DNA from: a virus
DNA length: 64,000 nucleotides
Reading direction: 5' to 3' (one strand)
Virus record (IMG/VR): IMGVR_UViG_3300032214_000566
Coordinates: 32,881-96,880 of that record
The notes beneath the pieces are model-generated. The model was not told the origin of the DNA, made no database searches, and saw nothing but the letters and a program-made list of their open reading frames with translations. Positions 1 through 8,358 of this stretch are shown here, piece after piece. The first letter of the stretch is position 1. Every line of letters begins with the position of its first letter. The translations under genes and the position numbers were made by a program.

Positions 1-12
1 TTTTCTTCCCAT
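1..12 (-). CDS. 5' end of a gene running off the window (MGRK...)
   Basis: ATG at 12..10, 7 nt downstream of a consensus TTTG-N19-TATCTTTG promoter; only 4 codons visible. Confidence 0.5.
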
Positions 13-19
13 AACACTA

Positions 20-50
20 CAAAGATAATGAACATTATTAACTTCCCAAA
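20..50 (-). promoter_or_regulatory. Bacteroidota-type sigma-A promoter (-33 TTTG / -7 TAnnTTTG)
   Basis: Minus strand reads TTTG(50-47)-19 nt-TATCTTTG(27-20), matching the Bacteroidetes housekeeping consensus. Confidence 0.7.
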
Positions 51-847
51 GAATCTGACGTAATTTTTATTCTTTCATTACATATATCCACATATTCTTT
101 TGAAATTTCACTACCAATATAGTCCCTATTCATTAAAATACACATTTTAGCAACAGTGCCAGAACCAATAAATGGGTCATATATTAAATCCCCTTCATTG
201 GTCCACGTATTAATGTGGTCCCTAACCAACTCTTCAGGAAAAATCGCTGGATGTTTATGTGCTATCTTATCTTTAGATGCGAATCCACCACCATTAACGT
301 ACCTCCAAATATTATTTCTAGGACTAAAATCAGGAACAGGTTTAATATTACCAACCTCAACTAATTGCTCGTTTTCACCAATACGTTTAGTATTTTTACC
401 CCAATTTGTATGACCTGCCCATTTATTTGGTTTATCACAAATAAGATTTGCAGTTTTAGGTTTTCCTTTAGAAAAGACAAACATATACTCAAATATTTGA
501 GTGTACCGATTACTCTTAGCACTTGATGGATATGAACTTGAATTTTTTTCATATATCATAGTGTCATGTAATAAAAATCCAGCATCCATAAATTTTAACG
601 CTTGTCTAAAACTAGTACCACTCTCGGACCCTTTAATTACTTGGTCATTTACAACCCAAACAACCACACCACCTTTCTTTGTGGTGCGGTAAAGTTCAGG
701 TGCTAATTTATCTATATCAAATGAAAATCCATTATACTTTCTAATGTCATCATAGGGTGGTGATGTTATCACCATATCGTAATAATCATCAGACATTTTA
801 GATAAAGTTTCTAAATTATCTTCCAAATATATATTATTTTTTTCCAT
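38..847 (-). CDS. Site-specific DNA methyltransferase, beta class, probably N4-cytosine
   Basis: Catalytic motif TSPPY near the N-terminus; HPAIFP; SAM-binding DPFIGSGT near the C-terminus. Confidence 0.92.
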   Translation of the reverse strand: MEKNNIYLEDNLETLSKMSDDYYDMVITSPPYDDIRKYNGFSFDIDKLAPELYRTTKKGGVVVWVVNDQVIKGSESGTSFRQALKFMDAGFLLHDTMIYEKNSSSYPSSAKSNRYTQIFEYMFVFSKGKPKTANLICDKPNKWAGHTNWGKNTKRIGENEQLVEVGNIKPVPDFSPRNNIWRYVNGGGFASKDKIAHKHPAIFPEELVRDHINTWTNEGDLIYDPFIGSGTVAKMCILMNRDYIGSEISKEYVDICNERIKITSDSLGS

Positions 848-852
848 ACTTA

Positions 853-881
853 ATTATAGGTGATAGTCACTAACTAATCAA
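853..881 (-). promoter_or_regulatory. Sigma70-like promoter of the methyltransferase, near-leaderless
   Basis: TTGATT(881-876)-17 nt-TATAAT(858-853); ATG 5 nt downstream. Confidence 0.55.
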
Positions 882-3275
882 TTTCGATATGTTATTTTCT
901 TTTGTGATTTTAACAGTTGAGTCAGCCCATTGCGAAACTAAAGGCGAGTGGGTTATAACAAAGATTTTTTCAAAATATTCTTTAATCTTAACAAAGAACT
1001 CATAAACCATATCCAAGTTATCGTTACTTATTTTTCCAAATACCTCATCAAAAACGATCACATTTGGTTTTGGTAAACTACATATCTTACTTAGTACTGA
1101 ACGTAATGCCAACGACGCTATTGTTTTCTCATAACCACTACCAGAAACCATTAGTTTTTCTACACCACTACTATTATCAACCATCATGAATTCAACCTCA
1201 TTCTTATCGTTAATTCTAATTTCTAATTTGAAGTAACAAGAATCCTCCATCAATCTTTGTAATTCAGAGTTTATTAATGGCATCATGGTTTTCATTATAA
1301 TTTTAGAAACACCGTTCTTACCATAAGCCTCCAAATAAATTTTATAAATCTTTTCTTTTTCCTCCTCCTCTTTGATCTTAACAATTAATTTTTCATTATT
1401 TGTTATCTTTTCTTCTTTAGATTTAATCTCATACTCGTTGGCAGATATTACATTGTTTTTGGTTCTTTTCAAGTTATCCAATTCATCTAATCTTAAATCA
1501 GCCTTAATTAACATGGAATCAATTTGTTGATTCTGTTTAATCTTATCTTGAATCTCTTCGTATCGTTTTAACTTATCTTTTAATGCTCCGATTTTTAAAT
1601 CACACGACTCGATTGATAACTCATATTTTTCTTTGATTAATTTGTTTTTTTCATATTCATCAAATTCTTTTTTAAGTTGTACGAACGATTGTTCTTTGTT
1701 GGATAAAACCGTCATTAACCCTTCTTTTTCATCTTTCTGTTGGGTATATCCATCAAGTTCAGCTATTTTAGCATTTGTAATTGCCGCATTCATTAACTCG
1801 ATACCACAGTGTTCACACTTGATTCCACCTTCAACAGATGACTTCAATTTTTTAATAGATGATATTTCAGTATCAATTCTAACAACGTCTTTGTAGACTT
1901 CATTATACTCTTCTTTAATCTTGTCGTGTTCTTCTTCTTTATAAAATTCAGAAGGTTCAACAACTTTCAATTCATTAATTTTCGAAATAAAACCAGATTT
2001 ATTATACTCAATACCTTTAATTTCTTCTTCGGTGTTCGTTGGGTTAAGTACCGCAATTTCTTGGTCAATATCGGAATGTTTTTTCTTTAACATATCGTCA
2101 CGATATTCTTTCCCTTTTAAAATCTTTTCATCGATATCAGTTAACTCTTGTTTAACCTCATCAATTTGGGTGTTTAACTCTACAATCTTATTTTTTAAAT
2201 CTTCATTATCCCCCTTTAATTGTTCAGAAGAATAAACGTTAGACATCTTTGATTTTGAAAATTCAGAATAAACTTCTTTCGCAGTTTCCTCTTTAGTTTT
2301 TAAAAACTCTAATCCCATGAATCTCGATAATACCTGACCTCTCGCTGTTGGTTTTGCCTCTAACAATTCTTCAAGGTTTGTTGCAGTTGTTAAGATTGTC
2401 ATTAGGAAGTCCTCTTTGGTACCAATAGACGTTTTAATGAACGCTTCAGTCTCTCTTCGTTGTTCTCCTTGAAAGTTCTGTAAACTACCGTCAGACAACT
2501 TCTTAAAGAAGTCTAATTCAGTTTTAACGTTCCAATCACCCTTTTTGGATAACTTTCTTTCAATCGTTCTAATGATAATATAATCCTCACCATCGATTGT
2601 TACTTCACCTTTTACAGTTACTTTGTTTTTGTCCGTAAATCTGTTGAATATCTCTTCCGCCTTTGTAGTTTTAGTCGTTTCATTAAAGAAAAGAAACATT
2701 AATAAATCTACCGATAATACTGTCTTACCACCAAAGTTTGGTGGGTTGGATTCAATAACAACAATACCATTAAGATTATCAAAATCCAATCTTTGGTTTT
2801 CGCCATATGATAAGAAATTGGAAAATTCTATGTTTCTGATATACCACTTTTTAAATTGTGTTGATTCTTCTTGTTTTTCGAGCATTTTATTTTCAACCAT
2901 ACGGTTGATAGATAAAATATTTTCGTGATAGTTCTCATAACCTTTAGATTCTAAAAACTTTTTAAGAAGGTCTAATTGGTAGTTTGCATCTGAAATGTTT
3001 ACAGACACATCAATGCTTTGCATCGTGTCTTTTTCGACATTCTTTACTTTTGTCAAGACATTAACATTAGTAGTATTATACTTCTTTTGGAAGTAATGTT
3101 TCACACTTTTGATTTTGTCTTGTGTGAAATTTTCAGGCAAATCTTCCCACACAACCTGAACAGTTGGGTTTTCAAATTTAGAAAAATCCAATTCTTTAAT
3201 CATAATTTCGTAGTTAAATGGTTTACTCTCCTTGAACAGATCCAACTGGTTCTGCGGTATCTTCAGATACTTCAT
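870..3275 (-). CDS. sbcC: SbcC/Rad50/T4 gp46-like SMC ATPase (true start may be ATG at 3203)
   Basis: IEFSNFLSYG, Walker A variant PPNFGGKT, long coiled coil with zinc hook CEHC, signature SGSGYE, Walker B IVFDEVFG, H-loop ITH. Confidence 0.92.
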   Translation of the reverse strand: MKYLKIPQNQLDLFKESKPFNYEIMIKELDFSKFENPTVQVVWEDLPENFTQDKIKSVKHYFQKKYNTTNVNVLTKVKNVEKDTMQSIDVSVNISDANYQLDLLKKFLESKGYENYHENILSINRMVENKMLEKQEESTQFKKWYIRNIEFSNFLSYGENQRLDFDNLNGIVVIESNPPNFGGKTVLSVDLLMFLFFNETTKTTKAEEIFNRFTDKNKVTVKGEVTIDGEDYIIIRTIERKLSKKGDWNVKTELDFFKKLSDGSLQNFQGEQRRETEAFIKTSIGTKEDFLMTILTTATNLEELLEAKPTARGQVLSRFMGLEFLKTKEETAKEVYSEFSKSKMSNVYSSEQLKGDNEDLKNKIVELNTQIDEVKQELTDIDEKILKGKEYRDDMLKKKHSDIDQEIAVLNPTNTEEEIKGIEYNKSGFISKINELKVVEPSEFYKEEEHDKIKEEYNEVYKDVVRIDTEISSIKKLKSSVEGGIKCEHCGIELMNAAITNAKIAELDGYTQQKDEKEGLMTVLSNKEQSFVQLKKEFDEYEKNKLIKEKYELSIESCDLKIGALKDKLKRYEEIQDKIKQNQQIDSMLIKADLRLDELDNLKRTKNNVISANEYEIKSKEEKITNNEKLIVKIKEEEEKEKIYKIYLEAYGKNGVSKIIMKTMMPLINSELQRLMEDSCYFKLEIRINDKNEVEFMMVDNSSGVEKLMVSGSGYEKTIASLALRSVLSKICSLPKPNVIVFDEVFGKISNDNLDMVYEFFVKIKEYFEKIFVITHSPLVSQWADSTVKITKENNISKLIS

Positions 3276-3462
3276 TAGTTACTGTTTCTTCAACAACATT
3301 ATTTTCTGTTTCTGCAGACATTTTAGAAAACTCTTCTCGTAATTTTTCCATTTGTTCTGTCATAGCCTCATTCCACTGTTTAGAAATAAAGTTTTTTTCT
3401 TGTTGTAATCTTCTGTTTCTTTTTTCCACTTTTGCTCTATGAGCCTTTGCTGCTTTTCCCAT
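3223..3462 (-). CDS. Hypothetical protein, basic N-terminus and acidic tail
   Basis: 79 aa ORF tiling between neighbours with an A-rich leader. Confidence 0.7.
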   Translation of the reverse strand: MGKAAKAHRAKVEKRNRRLQQEKNFISKQWNEAMTEQMEKLREEFSKMSAETENNVVEETVTNEVSEDTAEPVGSVQGE

Positions 3463-3476
3463 TTTATTATTATTTG

Positions 3477-3830
3477 TTATTTATTACTCGGTCTATTTTC
3501 TTCGAACCACTCTATTATCGCATTGATTCCCCATACAAATCCAGCACTTAACATTCCATCATAAAATACTGATAAAAATTTATTAAGTCCAATAAACTCA
3601 GTGTTTGGTGAAAAATAAGCCAAAGATAAAAAGAATCCGACCCATGTTGATGTACATAACATACATTTAATTAATGATGACACAAACGAAAACACGGGAG
3701 TTAATAAAAATAACCCAACCCCTGGTTGTGCGTTTTTGTGTATCCAATTTCTCAATCCATTAAAAATTGATCCATATACTAAAATTGTCGTCATTCCATA
3801 GGCTACGACTGCCCAAATTAATAAATTCAT
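3477..3830 (-). CDS. Small membrane protein, DUF1360-like
   Basis: 3-4 hydrophobic helices and an LIKCMLCTSTWVG (CxxCxxxW) motif. Confidence 0.65.
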   Translation of the reverse strand: MNLLIWAVVAYGMTTILVYGSIFNGLRNWIHKNAQPGVGLFLLTPVFSFVSSLIKCMLCTSTWVGFFLSLAYFSPNTEFIGLNKFLSVFYDGMLSAGFVWGINAIIEWFEENRPSNK

Positions 3831-3832
3831 AA

Positions 3833-4522
3833 TTATCTGTATAAATCATCGTTTAGGTTAGAACCTCCATGAAACCTAGCCTTCGTTGTATCCACCGGTT
3901 TATTTTGTTCTAACAATTGTTTATTTAATTCTTCGTTTTTGTTTTTTAAATCCCTAATCTCAGACATTAAATTTTGGATAGTTTGTTGTAACATATTTAG
4001 CTTATTATTTGTTACAGGTATATCTAAAGTTCGTCTAAGTTCATCTAGTTCAACATCCTTTTTAGCTATTCTATTTTGGAAAATATTTTCCATTTCTAAG
4101 GTTTTAGTGGAAAATTCTTCTCTAATTATACCGATTTCGGTCGTTTTAGTAGAAATCTCTTGGTCCAACTGTTGTATTTTTAACAACAACTCATTTAGTT
4201 GAGTATCATCAGAGGTATAGATTATTTTCTCAACCTCCTTTATAACTTCAACAGGAACTTCCTTAATAATCTCAACTATTTTCTCAACCTCTTTGATGAC
4301 TTCAACAGGAACTTCCACAGTAACTTCCCCTCTAACTTCCCCACCTAATAGACCGTACTTCTTAATATTAAATCCTTCTTGGAAACACTTATACATAAAC
4401 TCATCGATATTTTCAATATCATTTAGTTTACAATATTCGGTCACAGATTGTATTGTACTATTATTAAAGATTTTTGAGTCTTTCTGTTCCATTTTCAATG
4501 TCCTCGAATGATTTAATTTCAA
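3833..4522 (-). CDS. Coiled-coil protein with EVIKEV(P/E) repeats (start possibly ATG at 4492)
   Basis: VEVPVEVIKEVEKIVEIIKEVPVEVIKEVEKI followed by a heptad coiled coil. Confidence 0.7.
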   Translation of the reverse strand: MKLNHSRTLKMEQKDSKIFNNSTIQSVTEYCKLNDIENIDEFMYKCFQEGFNIKKYGLLGGEVRGEVTVEVPVEVIKEVEKIVEIIKEVPVEVIKEVEKIIYTSDDTQLNELLLKIQQLDQEISTKTTEIGIIREEFSTKTLEMENIFQNRIAKKDVELDELRRTLDIPVTNNKLNMLQQTIQNLMSEIRDLKNKNEELNKQLLEQNKPVDTTKARFHGGSNLNDDLYR

Positions 4523-5243
4523 ACTTTAAAAAAGGTTTAGGGTTATCTAAATCAACATATGAATAATCTTTGGTTTCAACCTCATAAACCCCATATCCGT
4601 GTCTACCAATACTTTCACCAATGTTGTTTTGAATTGTAGACCCAATCATATAACCTTTACCTCCTTTGATTTGAAACTCGGCTCGTTTGTGGATGTCTCC
4701 ACATAATACAGTCTCTAATCCGTCAAACTTTTCAATCTCATAAGCCTCGTCCCCAAACTCAAATCCAAGGTCGGTCTTTAAACCCGATATCGGTCCGTGA
4801 AATAAACCAATACGTCTACCCTTCGCTTCCGTGATATCTGGCGGTATATTCCCCTGATATTGTGAATACACACACCAACTCACGTTATCATCCTCATATA
4901 CCCCTCTATCTCTATAATAAACAATATTTGGATTATTTAATGAGTTAATAATCGGTGTTAACGCATCCAATCTTTCAGTATTGTTTACTAAAAAGTCGTG
5001 ATTACCAGGAATGATGATTGTTTTAGCGATAGATGAACATTCGGTTAAAATCCAAGCAACAAACTCAATTAACTCAGGTGTCATTTGATTTTTAGAATGG
5101 ACTAAATCACCGGTGAAGATAATTCTATCAGGACCTAATTCTTTCCATTGTTCTATTCCCTGTTCTAATATTGAACGGTATAAATCATGGTCTTTATATA
5201 ATCTGACATGTAAATCAGAAAAATGTACTAGTTTCTTAATCAT
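4464..5243 (-). CDS. sbcD: SbcD/Mre11/T4 gp47-like metallophosphoesterase nuclease
   Basis: Motifs HFSDLH, TGDLVH, PGNHD, LFHG, GDIH; close to the SbcC-like gene. Confidence 0.88.
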   Translation of the reverse strand: MIKKLVHFSDLHVRLYKDHDLYRSILEQGIEQWKELGPDRIIFTGDLVHSKNQMTPELIEFVAWILTECSSIAKTIIIPGNHDFLVNNTERLDALTPIINSLNNPNIVYYRDRGVYEDDNVSWCVYSQYQGNIPPDITEAKGRRIGLFHGPISGLKTDLGFEFGDEAYEIEKFDGLETVLCGDIHKRAEFQIKGGKGYMIGSTIQNNIGESIGRHGYGVYEVETKDYSYVDLDNPKPFLKFEIKSFEDIENGTERLKNL

Positions 5244-5487
5244 TTAAATTTTCTTTTGTTCCACAGTATACTTCATATGGAGGTTTGTAAGGGTTAATTT
5301 CATTTGGAAAAGGGTTTATTGGAAGTGTTGGTACCCAATCGGTTCGTTTTAACGTCCCAATTTCAGGTTCATCCTTAACCTCTTTCATTTTCTCTAAAAT
5401 TAGGTCAACTTCTTCCCGTCTATATTGTGTCCAATGTCTATTAGTTACAAATCCATCTAACCAATAATAAAATTCTTTATACGTCAT
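5236..5487 (-). CDS. Hypothetical protein
   Basis: 83 aa; overlaps its neighbours by 4-8 nt; phage-type N-terminus FYYWLDGF. Confidence 0.7.
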   Translation of the reverse strand: MTYKEFYYWLDGFVTNRHWTQYRREEVDLILEKMKEVKDEPEIGTLKRTDWVPTLPINPFPNEINPYKPPYEVYCGTKENLND

Positions 5488-5630
5488 ACTAATTCTCTAC
5501 TATATAAGTTAGCCAATATAATTCTCGCAAGTTTAAATTCTTTAGCCCTATTCAATCTTAAACCAAATGCTAATGAAATATTTTTAAGATGTGGATATGC
5601 CTCAGTTAATGTCATTTTACCTATTTCCAT
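5484..5630 (-). CDS. Small hypothetical protein, 48 aa, missing from the ORF track (MEIGKMTLTEAYPHLKNISLAFGLRLNRAKEFKLARIILANLYSRELV)
   Basis: Translated by hand; starts 1 nt after the upstream stop and ends in an ATGA overlap with the next gene, filling the gap exactly. Confidence 0.72.
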   Translation of the reverse strand: MEIGKMTLTEAYPHLKNISLAFGLRLNRAKEFKLARIILANLYSRELV

Positions 5631-5631
5631 T

Positions 5632-5844
5632 TTAATCGAATAATACAAAATCTTCATTCATGTGACCACAACTATTACACATGTAAGTTGGGAAAGGTAC
5701 GATAGTATCTTCGTGACTTCCTGTTAATAACTTAGGTACTTTCTTTAAAAGTACTACTTCTTTGAAGTATTTAGACCCACAATCACTACACGTAATAGTT
5801 TCTTGTTGTCTTAAATCGATTTTTGGTTTGATAATATCGTCCAT
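5632..5844 (-). CDS. Small zinc-ribbon protein
   Basis: CSDC...CNSC cysteine pairs in 70 aa. Confidence 0.78.
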   Translation of the reverse strand: MDDIIKPKIDLRQQETITCSDCGSKYFKEVVLLKKVPKLLTGSHEDTIVPFPTYMCNSCGHMNEDFVLFD

Positions 5845-5845
5845 A

Positions 5846-5938
5846 TTATTTTATGATGTAGTTTATTGTTAATTTAATAGGTAATAAATGGTCCCAACTT
5901 GACGTTGTTGTCCATGTAGGTGTAATTGTTACTTCCAT
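5846..5938 (-). CDS. Small hypothetical peptide, 30 aa, missing from the ORF track (MEVTITPTWTTTSSWDHLLPIKLTINYIIK)
   Basis: Translated by hand; follows a TTGACT-17-TATACT promoter and ends TAA-T-ATG into the zinc-ribbon gene. Confidence 0.6.
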   Translation of the reverse strand: MEVTITPTWTTTSSWDHLLPIKLTINYIIK

Positions 5939-5943
5939 AATGT

Positions 5944-5972
5944 AGTATAATAGTTTTAGTTTATTTAGTCAA
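5944..5972 (-). promoter_or_regulatory. Sigma70-like promoter, near-leaderless
   Basis: TTGACT(5972-5967)-17 nt-TATACT(5949-5944); ATG 5 nt downstream. Confidence 0.6.
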
Positions 5973-6818
5973 ATATTGTTTAATATCCATGTTAAGAATT
6001 GTGTCAAACACTTCTTTCGGTATTCTATATTCCACGAATTCCATCTCATCGGTTAAGTGGACAATAACCCCACCAAAGAATTTAAGATCATCATATTTCG
6101 TCCCTTCCAACATTTTTAACAATAACTTCGCATAAAACGGAAGTTGGGTGTAGTAGTGCCCAAGTGCGTTATTTGGTAACTTTTCAAAAGGTTTTTTCAT
6201 CGGTTTTGTGAAACTATTGGTCTCCATGTTTTTTGGTTTGTTAGTTTTCCAATCGGTCACCACAAACCCAAACCCATTTTTTTGTTTATTAAACATTAAC
6301 CAAAATTTATCGGGTTGTCCGGTATACCCGAGTTCGGGATGACCTAATACCATCTCAGTATCTAATAAAACAGCACCTCTTTCTTCCATCAATGATAAGA
6401 AATTTTTACCCGCCTTAATCATTCTATCACCTTTCATTGTCATTTCAAGGTCACATTCATAAACAGGTTGTCTTACCTCTTTTTTTACATCAAATCTTTT
6501 TAAAGTTTCGGTTTCAAGTTCAAAATGGACTCTACTCCCCATGTTTGTTGAAGTTGTACCTGCCCTCGCCCATTCTTCCATCAGTTGTTGAGCCTCGTAT
6601 GGGTCACCTTTCGCCTTCCTATATGCAGCCTCTTCGGTTGGGAACTCGTCGTAAAATAATTTCATCACTTTTGATACTGAAGGAAAGTCAGACCTAACAG
6701 TCCCATCCAAATCCTTCATTGTATATTTGTGAGCTTCCTCCTCGAAAGTTAATTCTAACTCTTTTTGTTTTTCAGATATTATTCCCCTTATCTCTTCCGC
6801 AATCTTTTTTAAATTCAT
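5961..6818 (-). CDS. PD-(D/E)XK superfamily exonuclease (RecB/Cas4-like phage type)
   Basis: FPSVS, GSRVH, GQPD...DWKT, and HYYTQLPFYA (QxxxY) motifs. Confidence 0.82.
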   Translation of the reverse strand: MNLKKIAEEIRGIISEKQKELELTFEEEAHKYTMKDLDGTVRSDFPSVSKVMKLFYDEFPTEEAAYRKAKGDPYEAQQLMEEWARAGTTSTNMGSRVHFELETETLKRFDVKKEVRQPVYECDLEMTMKGDRMIKAGKNFLSLMEERGAVLLDTEMVLGHPELGYTGQPDKFWLMFNKQKNGFGFVVTDWKTNKPKNMETNSFTKPMKKPFEKLPNNALGHYYTQLPFYAKLLLKMLEGTKYDDLKFFGGVIVHLTDEMEFVEYRIPKEVFDTILNMDIKQYLTK

Positions 6819-7735
6819 TCTTTTATCTCCTCGTAATATTTTTCTATGTCACCTTTAAGGTCACAGACATCTTTATCTTTTGGTAGTCTTACCAATCTCA
6901 CTCTATTGTAGAGTGCACCACCATTTAGTTTATCGAATAGTTTTTTTGCATCGTCGTACGCATCCCCATCTAAACAAACTATTATATTCTTTTTAGCCTT
7001 AGTGTATAACTTTTCCCATAAATTATCATTTATGTATTTCCCTAATAAACATATTGAATTTTCTAAAAAGAAACTATCAAATACACCCTCAACAAGATAT
7101 ATGTCTTTTTTCCAATCGATTAAACTTTCATTAAAAATTAAGAAGTCTTTTGCTGCTTCGGGGTTTTTGTATTTTAACTTTGACCTTGGGTTCCAAGATC
7201 TAGATACGAAAAAGTTTAATTCACCCTTTTTATTGAATGACGGTACAATTATCCTTCCGGAATACTCACCCTCAATACATAAACCTATTTGGTATTTTTC
7301 AATTATTTCGTCGGTAATACCTCGTTTTTTAAGATAGTTATACGCCTCTTTTCTTGGTATATGAAGTGGGTGTATCTCTTCAAACTTTTTAAACTCTTTC
7401 GGTAGTTGTAAAGGTTTGTATATTTTTTCTTTTTTTTCGTAATCGTCGGGTCTTATTAATTTATAAACTTTCTTATCCTTTTTAGAACCGTATTTATCAA
7501 TTAATTTACCTAAATGTCCGTGAGTTCCGTGTGTTTCGGCACATGCCCAACACTTGTAAACGTGTTGTTGGAAGTTAATCTCTAAATTACCTTTACCATC
7601 CGTTTTACTCAATCCTTTTATATCGTAAGAGCAGACTGGACAGTCCACAGACATTTGTCCGCTAGACTCGTTCACACTCTTCGGTTCACCGAACATAGTA
7701 ATCAATAAATCAACCAATAGGGATTCTTCTTTCAT
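6815..7735 (-). CDS. dnaG: DNA primase (zinc finger plus TOPRIM)
   Basis: CPVC...CWAC zinc finger, YLKKRGI, RIIVP, LVEGVFD, CLDGDA, KDVCD. Confidence 0.9.
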   Translation of the reverse strand: MKEESLLVDLLITMFGEPKSVNESSGQMSVDCPVCSYDIKGLSKTDGKGNLEINFQQHVYKCWACAETHGTHGHLGKLIDKYGSKKDKKVYKLIRPDDYEKKEKIYKPLQLPKEFKKFEEIHPLHIPRKEAYNYLKKRGITDEIIEKYQIGLCIEGEYSGRIIVPSFNKKGELNFFVSRSWNPRSKLKYKNPEAAKDFLIFNESLIDWKKDIYLVEGVFDSFFLENSICLLGKYINDNLWEKLYTKAKKNIIVCLDGDAYDDAKKLFDKLNGGALYNRVRLVRLPKDKDVCDLKGDIEKYYEEIKE

Positions 7736-7739
7736 ATCT

Positions 7740-7770
7740 AAAAGATACGAATTTTAAAGGGAATGTCAAT
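7740..7770 (-). promoter_or_regulatory. Primase promoter, near-leaderless
   Basis: ATTGACATTC...TATCTTTT (TTGACA-16-TATCTT, or ATTG-19-TAnnTTTT); ATG 4 nt downstream. Confidence 0.6.
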
Positions 7771-7794
7771 TATCGGTATATTGACCGATAAATA

Positions 7795-7821
7795 AAAAAC
7801 CCCACAGTTTAGTGTGGGGTT
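7795..7821 (-). terminator. Rho-independent terminator
   Basis: Stem AACCCCACA / TGTGGGGTT with a 6 nt loop, followed by a T-run on the minus strand. Confidence 0.85.
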
Positions 7822-7840
7822 CCATATTAAAATTTATTTT

Positions 7841-8296
7841 TTACTGTAAATATAAAGTCGCTCTACATTGAACTTGGTACCTTTCTTTTTTACCATCTGT
7901 ATAAATGAATACGGGTACATCGTAATTTATTACTCCATTTTGGTCAGGTCTAGTTGTTGTACCACCCTGTACCATTTTCGCCCTTACTTTAAGAGGAAAA
8001 CTTTGTCCTGGTGCCAGAGTAATAGGTAATTTAGTGTCTACCATCATATTATCACTACTTGGTACAATTTTTTTAATTGTAAGTGGTCCTTGTCCTGAAT
8101 TTTTTAAAGCTTTAAAATTAAACTCTACAGTATCTCCCCAACTTACAGTTTTTTCACCTAATTGACTTACCAATACCCCTGTTAATGGACCACCTGCTGC
8201 CGCTGGAGCACTTGCGGTTACTTCTTCTTGTTCCGCAATAACTCTTCTAACGATACGAGTTAAGTCTGACTCTGTTAATCTAACTATTCTTTTCAT
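7841..8296 (-). CDS. Putative head/internal protein: MKRIVRLTESDL leader plus an Ig-like (DUF1573-like) domain
   Basis: N-terminal MKRIVRLTESDLTRIVRRVIAEQ; C-terminal KNSGQGPLTIKKI...ITLAPGQSFPLKV resembles Bacteroidota DUF1573/ASH Ig folds. Confidence 0.6.
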   Translation of the reverse strand: MKRIVRLTESDLTRIVRRVIAEQEEVTASAPAAAGGPLTGVLVSQLGEKTVSWGDTVEFNFKALKNSGQGPLTIKKIVPSSDNMMVDTKLPITLAPGQSFPLKVRAKMVQGGTTTRPDQNGVINYDVPVFIYTDGKKERYQVQCRATLYLQ

Positions 8297-8358
8297 ATTA
8301 ATACGTTTCTTTTTTTATTTACTAATAAATACCAACCAATATTGAAAAATAAAAAAAA

